A program made the translations under genes and the position numbers. The notes beneath the pieces were generated by a model, which was not told the DNA's origin, ran no database searches, and saw only the letters and a list, made by a program, of their open reading frames with translations. Positions 25,621 through 34,724 of a stretch of 64,000 nt of DNA are shown here, in pieces (positions within the stretch are counted from its first letter, which is position 1; each line of letters starts with the position of its first letter). The DNA lies in the IMG/VR virus record IMGVR_UViG_3300008448_000001, positions 62,001 to 126,000 of that record. The stretch is one strand, 5' to 3'.

Positions 25621-27202
25621 GATTGAAGATGCAAGGCTGGCAACCTCGCTGCAAATAGCCAACCGCGTGAACAAAGTTGCATTGTTAAACCCGCATTTAG
25701 AGGGTTTCACGCTCACGCAACTGCTGGACAAGGTTAACCAGTGGTGCTTGGCGGAAAGGCGTAAACCTTTGTGCGTGGGTTACCGAGGTACGTTCGGTAC
25801 GTTGCTTCTGCTCTCGAAGCACTTTGCGACGTTCTTCCCTGACGTTACGCTTGTCGCCTCGGTGGAGCAAGAGACGATTGAACCGGTTGCTTATCGGCGG
25901 CTGGCGAAGGATCATCCTAACGTTTGCTTCTGCACAACGTCTGCCGACGTACGGTCGGCGGAGATTGCCACCATCTTTCGTGAGATGGATGTTTTTGTGC
26001 TTGCTCCTTATGCGGATTTCAAGCACAAGCGGTTCCGGGCGTTCTTTGAAACTATTTCGGACAGTATGCTCCTGGACGACAAGCCTTGTGCGATCGTGGA
26101 CACGGTTAACGCACGGTGGAACGACCGCCGTGGAGAGTATTACATGGGGTCGAAGGTTTGGGTAACAGCTGAGCCAGACTCTCCCGACATGCGGTTTGAA
26201 AACGGGGCGTTGCTCAACCGCAGGCAGAAGCGGCGATACGACAAGCTTTGGCGGCAGGTGCACGGTTACAGTTGGAAGTCGGAAAAGGAGGCGATTGAGT
26301 GGTTGGCTTGCGAAGTTGAGCCGACGATCAGTCTCATCAACACGGCACTCTATTACTGTTACTTGCGGTTTAAGTCGGAGACAAGGCCGGACCTTTCCAC
26401 TTCGGAAAGCTGCTTTAAATGGTGCGTGGATTGGCACAATGCGTTAAATGCGTTTTTAGGGAAATCCGCATTTACGGTCCAGGAGGCTAAGGCAAGATGG
26501 TGGCCGCACAAACACTGGTGTCGGCAGCAACCTGCGATCAAAGACCTTGTTGTCGTGACATCGTTCTCGCCGTTAGAAGGACATGCGGTCGCGCAGCGTT
26601 TTGCTTTGCAGTCTTGGCTGCGGTTAGGCCTCAAGGTAATTAGCGGTAACTCGGAAGCAGAGTGCAAGTCACTGCGAAAGCGATACCCTGACGTTGAATT
26701 CCGGGAGGTAGAATCGTCCACGGCGTTTACACGCGGTACCCCGAAGATTCGAGCCCTGATGAACCTTGGAGGAAGCTCGCCGATCCTGTTAATCAATAGC
26801 GACATCTCCATCTACGGGGATCAGTCGCTCCTTGTTGACGCGGTAGCGAAGCGGCGGGCACTGGCAGGTATCCGGTACAATTGGGAAGTTCATCCTGGGC
26901 ATGGCGAGCTTGAAGCGTGCGGCATCGATGCCTTCTTACTGTTTCCGGAACAAATAGAAACGTTTCCAGATTTAGACTTGGCCATCGGGCAACCTTTTTG
27001 GGATTACTGGTTGCCGTATCACCTGGAACAAAAAGGCTTTGCTTTCGATTGGATATCGTCGCCTTACTTTTACCACCGGCAGCATTCTGTTTACTGGGAT
27101 GCCCCGGCGTATAAGAAGGGAAATGAAATCATTTGCTCGCATTACAACTGCCACGTAGATTTTGTGGCTTGGCGGCAATCTCTTCCGTTCGTTGCCACGT
27201 AA
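25613..27202 (+). CDS. Multidomain protein: methyltransferase-like N-terminus, Erv1/ALR-like middle, GT-A-like C-terminus
   Basis: LWRQVH…W…WHNALNAFLGK (Erv/ALR-like, no CxxC). ILLINSDI…GIDAF…GQPFWDYWLP (GT-like). Confidence 0.6.
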   Translation: MLEIEDARLATSLQIANRVNKVALLNPHLEGFTLTQLLDKVNQWCLAERRKPLCVGYRGTFGTLLLLSKHFATFFPDVTLVASVEQETIEPVAYRRLAKDHPNVCFCTTSADVRSAEIATIFREMDVFVLAPYADFKHKRFRAFFETISDSMLLDDKPCAIVDTVNARWNDRRGEYYMGSKVWVTAEPDSPDMRFENGALLNRRQKRRYDKLWRQVHGYSWKSEKEAIEWLACEVEPTISLINTALYYCYLRFKSETRPDLSTSESCFKWCVDWHNALNAFLGKSAFTVQEAKARWWPHKHWCRQQPAIKDLVVVTSFSPLEGHAVAQRFALQSWLRLGLKVISGNSEAECKSLRKRYPDVEFREVESSTAFTRGTPKIRALMNLGGSSPILLINSDISIYGDQSLLVDAVAKRRALAGIRYNWEVHPGHGELEACGIDAFLLFPEQIETFPDLDLAIGQPFWDYWLPYHLEQKGFAFDWISSPYFYHRQHSVYWDAPAYKKGNEIICSHYNCHVDFVAWRQSLPFVAT

Positions 27203-27317
27203 CAGTATTAGCTTTGCGTGTACTGCGTTATTTTCTCTTGCGTCAGCTGGCAGTCACTTTACGCTTTGACTATACTGCTTGACCGGGTTTTTGTTTGTCT
27301 CATGTACAGAGGTAGCT

Positions 27318-29600
27318 ATGAGTTCGTCGTCGTTGTTTGCTGGTGAAGTTGTGCGTCGTGATGGTAGTGTTGTTCCGCATAATAGGGAGAAGTTAATCTC
27401 GGCTTTTACGCGTTGTTTGGAGGCTTCCCGGGACGCAGGGGAGTCTACAACGAAGACGTGGCTTTCTGTCGGGAGCACAGTCGAGAAGTTGGCTGATGCC
27501 GCCGCTACTTTTGCGGAAGAGGCAATGGCGGAGCTTACCGATCCTGTGCCTATTGCGGAAATAAGCCGTGTTTGTTCGCGTGTTTTAATGGAGCTCAATT
27601 TGTACGAGGCAGCCGCCCGTTATTTGCGTTACAGCGACGAGAAAGATCGCAATCGCAAAAGAACATTGAGCCAGGATTTGATTGACGCTTTTGCGGTCAA
27701 CGCGAAGTACTTCAAGAACCCCATTCAATGCTTTCAGGTTCTTGACAAGTTTGCGAGGTACATTCCCGAAAAGGGTCGCCGCGAAAACTGGGAAGAAACC
27801 GTGGATCGGACTTTGAATTATTTTCTTGGACATTGCACCGAGAAAGGTTATTCGTTGTCGCAAGCAGTGTGGGACAGCCTTCGCGACGGTCTTTTGCATT
27901 TGAAAGCTTCCCCGTCGATGCGATGCGTCCAGATGGCGGGTCCTGCACTTCAACGCTGCCAGGTCGGTGTGTACAACTGTGCTTTCCAGTTTCTGCAGTC
28001 TACTGGAGATCTCGCTGAAGAGCTTTACATCTTGATGCAGGGCACGGGAGCAGGTTTTTCGGTCGAGCATGAGTACGCGGTCGAAAAGTTTCCCCGCGTT
28101 AAGCGGCAGAAGAAAAACAACGGACCTAGTGTGCACGTTGTCGAAGACACTACTGAGGGTTGGTGTGCGGCGTACAAGCTGGGGCTCGATACTTGGTTCA
28201 ACGGAGAAGACGTTGAATTTAACTTCAGCGAGGTCCGACCCGAGGGAACACCGTTGAAGACGAAGGGCGGAAGAGCGTCCGGGCCTGGGCCTTTGAAAGA
28301 CTTGCTGGATTTCTCCCGCAACAAAATACTTTCAAAGCAAGGGCGATACCTTACTTCGTTGGACTTGCACGACATCAACTGCTTTGCGCATCGTATTGTG
28401 AAGATGGGTGGTGTTCGGCGAGCCAGCGGTATCAGCATTTCCGACTTGAACGATAACGAAATGCGGGATTGCAAGCACGGAGAATTCTGGCACACGAACA
28501 GTCAGCGAAATCAAGCCAACAACTCTGCGGCGTACGAGGAGAAGCCAGACTCGGTTACTTTCCTGCAGGAATGGCTTGCCTTGGCAAAGTCGGGATCCGG
28601 CGAGCGAGGCATTTTCAATCGAGGTTCCTTCAAGCACACGTTCCCTAAGCGACGCAAGCTGCAAGGTCATGTCTTTGGCACCAATCCGTGCGGTGAGATC
28701 ATCCTGCGACACAAACAGTTTTGCAACTTGTCTATTGCGGTCGTTCGTCCCGAGGACACGCTTGCAGACATCAAGAAGAAAATCGAGCTCGCGACTATCT
28801 GGGGAACGCTCCAGTCCACGATGACAGACTTCAAGTATCTGGGCCCCGAGTGGAAGAAGAACTGCGAAGAGGAGCGACTGTTGGGTGTTGACTTGCTCGG
28901 TTTCTTGGACAATCCGCTTTTCCAGGACAACGCAGTTGCGGCTAAGGCTTTGGACGAGTTGCGAGAGTACACTATTGCAATCAACGCGGTGTGGGCAGCG
29001 CACTTCGGCATTAACCAATCTGCCGCATTGACTTGCATTAAACCTTCTGGCGACAGCAGTGTTCTGTTCGACACGGCGGCAGGCTTTAAGGGGCATCACG
29101 GCAAATTCTTTGTGCGTCGAACGCGTTCGGGCTTGTCAAATCCGTTGGCGCTTATGCTCAGAGAGGCGGGTGTTCCTTGCCACGAAGATTACGACGGAAG
29201 TGGCTATGTTCTCGAGTGGCCGATGAAGGCACCTGCGAACGGTGTATTGCTTTCCGCACAGACAGCCATGTCGCAGTTGGAACAGTGGAAGACCTTCAAG
29301 TTGCATTGGACAGAGCATAACCCGAGCGTGACAATTTACGTTCGACCTGACGAATGGTTGGCTGTCGGTAATTGGGTTTACGAGAACTGGAACATCGTTG
29401 GTGGTCTAAGCTTCATGCCTTACGACGGTGGTTGTTATTCTCTTGCTCCGTATGAAGAAATCTCCGAAGAGAACTACAACGCTCGCGTAGCGGCTTTCCC
29501 TAAGGACATTAACTGGGCAAAGCTTGTTCACTACGAGACCGAAGACATGACGGATCTTCAGCAGCAGTTTGCGTGCACGGGCGACAAGTGTACGATTTAA
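27318..29600 (+). CDS. nrdJ: Class II (B12-dependent) ribonucleotide reductase with N-terminal ATP cone
   Basis: VVRRDG ATP cone, YNCAF, GGVRRA, TNPCGEI, CNL, KPSG, EHNPS, C-terminal ACTGDKC. No intein-sized insertion. Confidence 0.93.
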   Translation: MSSSSLFAGEVVRRDGSVVPHNREKLISAFTRCLEASRDAGESTTKTWLSVGSTVEKLADAAATFAEEAMAELTDPVPIAEISRVCSRVLMELNLYEAAARYLRYSDEKDRNRKRTLSQDLIDAFAVNAKYFKNPIQCFQVLDKFARYIPEKGRRENWEETVDRTLNYFLGHCTEKGYSLSQAVWDSLRDGLLHLKASPSMRCVQMAGPALQRCQVGVYNCAFQFLQSTGDLAEELYILMQGTGAGFSVEHEYAVEKFPRVKRQKKNNGPSVHVVEDTTEGWCAAYKLGLDTWFNGEDVEFNFSEVRPEGTPLKTKGGRASGPGPLKDLLDFSRNKILSKQGRYLTSLDLHDINCFAHRIVKMGGVRRASGISISDLNDNEMRDCKHGEFWHTNSQRNQANNSAAYEEKPDSVTFLQEWLALAKSGSGERGIFNRGSFKHTFPKRRKLQGHVFGTNPCGEIILRHKQFCNLSIAVVRPEDTLADIKKKIELATIWGTLQSTMTDFKYLGPEWKKNCEEERLLGVDLLGFLDNPLFQDNAVAAKALDELREYTIAINAVWAAHFGINQSAALTCIKPSGDSSVLFDTAAGFKGHHGKFFVRRTRSGLSNPLALMLREAGVPCHEDYDGSGYVLEWPMKAPANGVLLSAQTAMSQLEQWKTFKLHWTEHNPSVTIYVRPDEWLAVGNWVYENWNIVGGLSFMPYDGGCYSLAPYEEISEENYNARVAAFPKDINWAKLVHYETEDMTDLQQQFACTGDKCTI

Positions 29601-29658
29601 AGCCTATCGCTGAAGCTGGCACGTGATACTGCCGGTGCTGTTACATCGCTGGTTACAC

Positions 29659-29696
29659 AAAACACCCTGTGCTAAAACACGGGGTGTTTTCGTTTT
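29659..29696 (+). terminator. Rho-independent terminator
   Basis: AAAACACCCTGTG-CTAAAA-CACGGGGTGTTTT then CGTTTT. Confidence 0.8.
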
Positions 29697-29707
29697 CTGG
29701 CGGCTAG

Positions 29708-29736
29708 TTGACTAACGTTTAGACGCCGATTATAGT
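29708..29736 (+). promoter_or_regulatory. sigma70-like promoter
   Basis: TTGACT, 17 bp spacer, TATAGT. Confidence 0.7.
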
Positions 29737-29772
29737 CCTTCGGGTTTGATTCTTTAACGAAAGGGTAGTGCT

Positions 29773-30810
29773 ATGCTTGATTGGAAATTTCTGACGGACG
29801 GTAGTGGGAAGCACGGTTGGACGGCTGACTCTGCGGTTCATTGTGACGATACACCTTTAAAATGGGACATTGTCGTAAACGACGCAGGCCTTTTTGTTGT
29901 TGGGGGCTCGGCGTCGGATTTCACCGATCGAAAAGAGATTTTTGAAACGCTCGTTGCCACTAAAGCTTGGTGTCAAAGGATTGAAGACACGGTCGTTGCG
30001 GAGTGCGCGAAACCGGAAGCCTTTTCCTTACCTGCCGAAGCGATTAACACGTTCTACGAGATTCAGCGGCTTAACCAGCAACGAATTGCGGCTGACGCTA
30101 AGGCCGAAGAGGACGCCAAATTTCTGAAGGCTGTTTTTGGAGTGGTCGATACCTCTACTGCAGAGGAAGCTAAGAACGCTATTGCTTCGACAGCTGTTGC
30201 TTTTGAGGAGCACGTTCAAACTACTAGTATCGATGCAAATGCCGCTTACACCGGTTGCAGTACCGAGCAATCTAAGCCTGCAACTGTAAAGTATGCCGAC
30301 AATTACGTTACTAGCACCGGAAGCTTAATGTGGTACAGGGAGGCAGACGGTAGCTTTGCAGCTTGTTCTACTGTCGTTAAAGAGAAAAAGCCGCGTTTGT
30401 GGCAAATTACAATGCGTAAAGACGGCAGATTTCAACTTGTACCTTGGCCTTCGTTTACGCTTGTTCCGCCCGAACCGTTTGATTCATTAGCTGCCGCGAT
30501 GGCGTACTGCCAGGAGCGAGAAAACCTGCTTAAAGCAGAAACCGAGAAAGCCATTACGTTTGACAAGTGCTCTCCGGGGGTTGAAGCCGCTGCAGCTAAA
30601 GCCATTAACGAGTTTGTCAAAGAGGCTACGAAAGATGCTTTGCCTAGGCCGTTTATCTTTGTGATACTGCGAACAGGGAACCCGTACTTTGACGGAAAAG
30701 CTGCGGCTTTGTTGCACACGGACTACGATAACCGCAAGCACCGTGTCCGAGTCGAGAATGGAAACATAACTTGGGTGGACCTTGGCTGCTTGGCGGCACG
30801 AAACATTTAG
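29773..30810 (+). CDS. Hypothetical protein with an internally duplicated domain
   Basis: Two copies of W.I…G.F…F.(T/S)L.A..A.CQ..E. Confidence 0.75.
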   Translation: MLDWKFLTDGSGKHGWTADSAVHCDDTPLKWDIVVNDAGLFVVGGSASDFTDRKEIFETLVATKAWCQRIEDTVVAECAKPEAFSLPAEAINTFYEIQRLNQQRIAADAKAEEDAKFLKAVFGVVDTSTAEEAKNAIASTAVAFEEHVQTTSIDANAAYTGCSTEQSKPATVKYADNYVTSTGSLMWYREADGSFAACSTVVKEKKPRLWQITMRKDGRFQLVPWPSFTLVPPEPFDSLAAAMAYCQERENLLKAETEKAITFDKCSPGVEAAAAKAINEFVKEATKDALPRPFIFVILRTGNPYFDGKAAALLHTDYDNRKHRVRVENGNITWVDLGCLAARNI

Positions 30811-30874
30811 ATTTTTCGTTTAATCTAGCTTTTTTCCAGCAGTATTGGCTAAGCTATACGCTGGAGGATGAGCC

Positions 30875-31999
30875 GTGTCAGATACCGTTGAGCCGTTTCC
30901 TGTCCTTAGTACGCAACAGGCGTTAGACCTGGGTTTGTACGAGGATTTTGCAGGAACTATCGACCACTTAGTTAAAGAGTGTTCCGCACCCGCCGAGCAG
31001 ATACGCCGAGCGGTCGGTAACCTTTTTACCGTGTCTGACCTGAGTTTTTACTGGAATCCTTGCATCAAGAAAGCCGGAATCTACGTCAGACCGGCTTTTG
31101 ACGGGCACGAGTTTGAGGCAGGAATGCGGTGTCTTCGCACGAAGATCGGTGAGTGCCACACTTTCGAAAGGCAGTTGACGCCTGTTGATCTGCAGGATTG
31201 GTGGGTGAAGGTTGCTTATTCTCCTGCTTTGCGGCGTGCCGGTGAGCTCTTGCAGTTCTTCCCCAGCAAAGACATTCCAGGGTTTGGCGGTCGACCAATC
31301 GCTTCAACGGTTGCCAGCGGTTTGCTCGGTGCGGGTTTGGGCTACGGTGCGGGTTGGCTTGGCGAACAGTTCTTGCCGGAATGGGCACAGGAAGAAGGAA
31401 CTTTGCGCAACCGTTTTGCGCTGCTGGGTGGGCTTGGTGGAGCGGGTATAGGTGCGATCCCGGGTATGATGAACTGGGCAGCTAACCGTCCTTTCAACGA
31501 CCCGATGCTCTTCAAGGGGCACGTGAACGATCGAGGCTTTGAACCTGACAGCACGCCCAGAAGCCCGCAGTTTAAAGCTGCCGTGGATTCATACGTCAAG
31601 AAATTAGCTTTTGTTCCGCATCCTACACCTGCCGGTTCGATTGGCGGTCCGTCGTTCGACGAGATGCCGCTAGTGAAGATGGACGAGCTGGGCAGAGTTG
31701 TTTGGGGAGCTAACTTAAGTCCGCAACTTACGGCGATGACCATGGGAGCCGCTTATGGTGCGTCACAGATGCCGGATCCGAATGCTGTACCTGGAAACGT
31801 CACGCCGCATCAGACGGGTTTGTTTGGCATGATGATGGGTGCGGCGGGTGGCGGAATTAAAGGTTATTTTGCGGGAAGGACGGTAGGCAGAGGGCTTGGC
31901 CTGTTGACAGGCATGCCCGAAGAGACACAAAATAGATTGGGTCAAACCGGTGCAGCTGCCGGTGTTCTTGGGACTTTAGTTCCGAAGCTTTTTAACTAG
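30875..31999 (+). CDS. Glycine-zipper virion protein
   Basis: Several GxxxG hydrophobic segments. VKVA and KKLA motifs. Confidence 0.65.
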   Translation: MSDTVEPFPVLSTQQALDLGLYEDFAGTIDHLVKECSAPAEQIRRAVGNLFTVSDLSFYWNPCIKKAGIYVRPAFDGHEFEAGMRCLRTKIGECHTFERQLTPVDLQDWWVKVAYSPALRRAGELLQFFPSKDIPGFGGRPIASTVASGLLGAGLGYGAGWLGEQFLPEWAQEEGTLRNRFALLGGLGGAGIGAIPGMMNWAANRPFNDPMLFKGHVNDRGFEPDSTPRSPQFKAAVDSYVKKLAFVPHPTPAGSIGGPSFDEMPLVKMDELGRVVWGANLSPQLTAMTMGAAYGASQMPDPNAVPGNVTPHQTGLFGMMMGAAGGGIKGYFAGRTVGRGLGLLTGMPEETQNRLGQTGAAAGVLGTLVPKLFN

Positions 32000-32009
32000 G
32001 GGTGTTGCG

Positions 32010-32549
32010 ATGGCTCTTTACGACGAAACAAAGTCGGCGATTGATGCAGTTATTGGCGAGTACAAGAAAGTCGTGGCGGACGGGAAGATCAGTATTTCCG
32101 AGGTGTTCACGCTTGTCGGGCGAGCGACGGCCACGTTTGTCAACTTGTTCCGTTCCTTGGGTCTTGGTACCGAGAGCGAGCAAAAGGAAACCGTTGTTCT
32201 GGCGATCGGTCGCTTTTACGACGAAATTGTAGCTCCGATTGACATCACCGGGATTCCGAACTTCCTGGAACCTGTCGTTGACCGCGCGATGAAAGAGTTG
32301 CTCCTTTTGTTGACTCGATCGTGGGCTGACTCGCTCGTAGCTGTTTTCAGCAAAAGCGAAATCATTGTGCGACAACAGGCTGCGATGGTTCTTCGAGATT
32401 CAGCGTTGCTGCAAAACCCGCAGGTTTCGGAACAAGTCGAAGCCGGTCCACAGGGAACATCTGGTCCGCAAGCAAGCGATGCGAACTTTGAGGCACAAGT
32501 TGTTCAGCGCATTGTCGAAGACGTGCGTTCTGCGGTTGTCATTTACTAA
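32010..32549 (+). CDS. Hypothetical alpha-helical protein
   Basis: 179-aa ORF in the operon. Confidence 0.65.
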   Translation: MALYDETKSAIDAVIGEYKKVVADGKISISEVFTLVGRATATFVNLFRSLGLGTESEQKETVVLAIGRFYDEIVAPIDITGIPNFLEPVVDRAMKELLLLLTRSWADSLVAVFSKSEIIVRQQAAMVLRDSALLQNPQVSEQVEAGPQGTSGPQASDANFEAQVVQRIVEDVRSAVVIY

Positions 32550-32560
32550 GAGGTTTATCC

Positions 32561-32968
32561 GTGAATTTGCCTACGATAATTGGAAAGTCGGACGGGGTCC
32601 TGTTCTTTGGACCCCGTTCGCACCCTAAAGCAGTTCGTTGGTGGGCTGAGCGGGGTTTAATTCATTTCGAAGACTCCCGGACGGGGCAGTATTCTGCCAT
32701 GACGGTTAAAACGTTCCTTGAGCGTTTGTCCGCAATTAACGATTTGCTTTCCAAAGGACGGCGGGTAGAGAACAAGGATTTCTTACACCCGGACGAGGTT
32801 GAAAGGCAAATGCGTTTTGTCGAGCAGGGGCTTGATCTGGCCCGCAAGGCGAAAGAACAAGGTATGCCGGACGACCCAGAAGTCCGCCGTCAAAAGGTCG
32901 CCGATCTCCCGGTTTCGGTTTTGGTTGAAAAAGCTGTTCCGCCTACTTTACACCTCGGCAACGAGTAA
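32561..32968 (+). CDS. Hypothetical protein
   Basis: SD GAGG, GTG start. Confidence 0.65.
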   Translation: MNLPTIIGKSDGVLFFGPRSHPKAVRWWAERGLIHFEDSRTGQYSAMTVKTFLERLSAINDLLSKGRRVENKDFLHPDEVERQMRFVEQGLDLARKAKEQGMPDDPEVRRQKVADLPVSVLVEKAVPPTLHLGNE

Positions 32969-32980
32969 ACGGAGTTACGT

Positions 32981-33448
32981 ATGTCACCTGAAGAGTCCTT
33001 TAAGCTGGGTTTTTACAGCCGTTGTGTCGAAGAGGGAATGTCTGCTTCGCAGATCGCCACGTTGGCAAAGCAGGCTGGAGATCTTTTCGACAAGCAGGCC
33101 GCTGGGCCAGCTGCTGCGTCGGGCTTTTTGCTTCCGGCATTGTCAAACGCTGTGGGTGGCCTCGCAAGTGCGACTAAGTCTAGCTTGGGCATGGCCCGGG
33201 ATGCCACAGGCTTGGCTAAGGAGCTATCGCCGCTTGCCTTTCTGGCGGCGGCTGTTCCTCCGACGGTTGGAGGTTTGGCGGCGGTTTTGAAGAACACTGC
33301 CACAGACATTAACGAAGAAGACGTTGGCGAGGCAAAGCAGCAAGAACTCTCGGACACTTATCGCCGCATGGCGGAGCAGCTTCGAAGGCAGCAGTCGGCA
33401 AGGCGTTTCAAGCAGAATCGTAAAGCATCAGGTCGTGTTTTCATGTAA
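32981..33448 (+). CDS. Probable virion protein (K-Q-A motifs, hydrophobic helix)
   Basis: AKQAG, DKQAA. Confidence 0.65.
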   Translation: MSPEESFKLGFYSRCVEEGMSASQIATLAKQAGDLFDKQAAGPAAASGFLLPALSNAVGGLASATKSSLGMARDATGLAKELSPLAFLAAAVPPTVGGLAAVLKNTATDINEEDVGEAKQQELSDTYRRMAEQLRRQQSARRFKQNRKASGRVFM

Positions 33449-33457
33449 AGGAAGGCT

Positions 33458-33820
33458 ATGAGCAGTTTGGTAAAGTTTTCAAACCGCAAAGATGGTAATG
33501 GACGCGGTAACGTTTACTGGAACCGGTCGGAAATCGACGGGCTTCCGTTTCGAGGTGCATCCGCGCCTTTGCTCAAAGAGGAGGAATACGCGGACCGCGT
33601 GGTACGCGTTAACGACTTCAAGAACGCAACTTTTGACACGAGCAATCCAGAGCAGAACGCGGAGTACTGCCGCGTGATGGACAGCGTTGCAAATTCTTGG
33701 TTCAATCTTATTCATATTGATCGCCACCGTAAGCCCGATGATAATGGGTATCTAATTTACATGGAATGGGTTGAGCCGTTCTTGGAAGACGGTAAGCCTA
33801 ATCTCAGCTTCGGGGTTTGA
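33458..33820 (+). CDS. Hypothetical protein
   Basis: SD AAGGA, tightly packed. Confidence 0.7.
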   Translation: MSSLVKFSNRKDGNGRGNVYWNRSEIDGLPFRGASAPLLKEEEYADRVVRVNDFKNATFDTSNPEQNAEYCRVMDSVANSWFNLIHIDRHRKPDDNGYLIYMEWVEPFLEDGKPNLSFGV

Positions 33821-33833
33821 CACAAGGTGCACG

Positions 33834-34718
33834 ATGACGGAACAAGACGCTAAGCAGCTCCTATCTCGCATAAAGCAAGCTGGAATGGACACGACCTTCT
33901 CAAATGTGGATCTCAGTAAGCCGGTTCCGCAGGCGTCTTTAAGTACGCGATTTTTGAGTGCGTTAAATCCGCTTGGCGGAAAAGCCGCACCGGTTCAAAG
34001 TTTCGAACGCGACTACGCCTCACAGCTAAACAAAGACACGGTCAGTAAGCTGCTTCAAGGCATGGTTGTGCTCGCTGGTGGCGGAGCGGCGTTGCGAGGG
34101 CTTAGCGGCCTGGGAGAAGCGTCGACCGCTCGAAAGCGAAAACAAACCGGACGGGTAGTTGAGATGCCTGTGCCGTACGCGGAAAAAGGAGCGTTTGACA
34201 GTGCGAACAAGTCTTGGTTTTCTGGTGCTACATCGCCTGTCGGTTTGCCTTACACGGCACCTGCGGCTCTTTTAGGTTTTCCGCTAGCCTTCTACGGCGG
34301 GTGGAAAGGTGTCGACGCCTTGATGGACAAGCAGCGACGGTCGCAAACGGATTCGGAGCTTGATGACGCGAAGCGAGACTACGAAGCGGCTCTTTTGGAC
34401 AGCTACAAGACAGCCAGCGACAACAGCGACAGTGTGTCGGCAAACTTGGACAGGGCCTTTGCGGGTTTACGGGAACAGTCCGAGAAGGCTGCTCTCTTCG
34501 AGAACGCTCCGGGTGCTGTTGCCGGGCTAGCCGCAGCGTACACTCTCGGATCGCTGCCGTTGGGTTATTACGTCGTGGACAAGCAGATGCGAAAGAACAG
34601 TCGAAAAGCAATTCTTGAAAAAGCTTTGCGTGAGCGGGCGAGACGTGCGGCCATGTCGCAACCTCCCGAGCTGTATGCTATTCCGGCACCTGTTTCCTCG
34701 TCGCCTGCAAGTGTTTAA
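33834..34718 (+). CDS. Probable virion protein with repeated K-x-A plus hydrophobic-helix units
   Basis: IKQA, EKGA, YKTA, EKAA. Three Gly/Ala-rich hydrophobic segments. Confidence 0.65.
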   Translation: MTEQDAKQLLSRIKQAGMDTTFSNVDLSKPVPQASLSTRFLSALNPLGGKAAPVQSFERDYASQLNKDTVSKLLQGMVVLAGGGAALRGLSGLGEASTARKRKQTGRVVEMPVPYAEKGAFDSANKSWFSGATSPVGLPYTAPAALLGFPLAFYGGWKGVDALMDKQRRSQTDSELDDAKRDYEAALLDSYKTASDNSDSVSANLDRAFAGLREQSEKAALFENAPGAVAGLAAAYTLGSLPLGYYVVDKQMRKNSRKAILEKALRERARRAAMSQPPELYAIPAPVSSSPASV

Positions 34719-34724
34719 TCGCCT

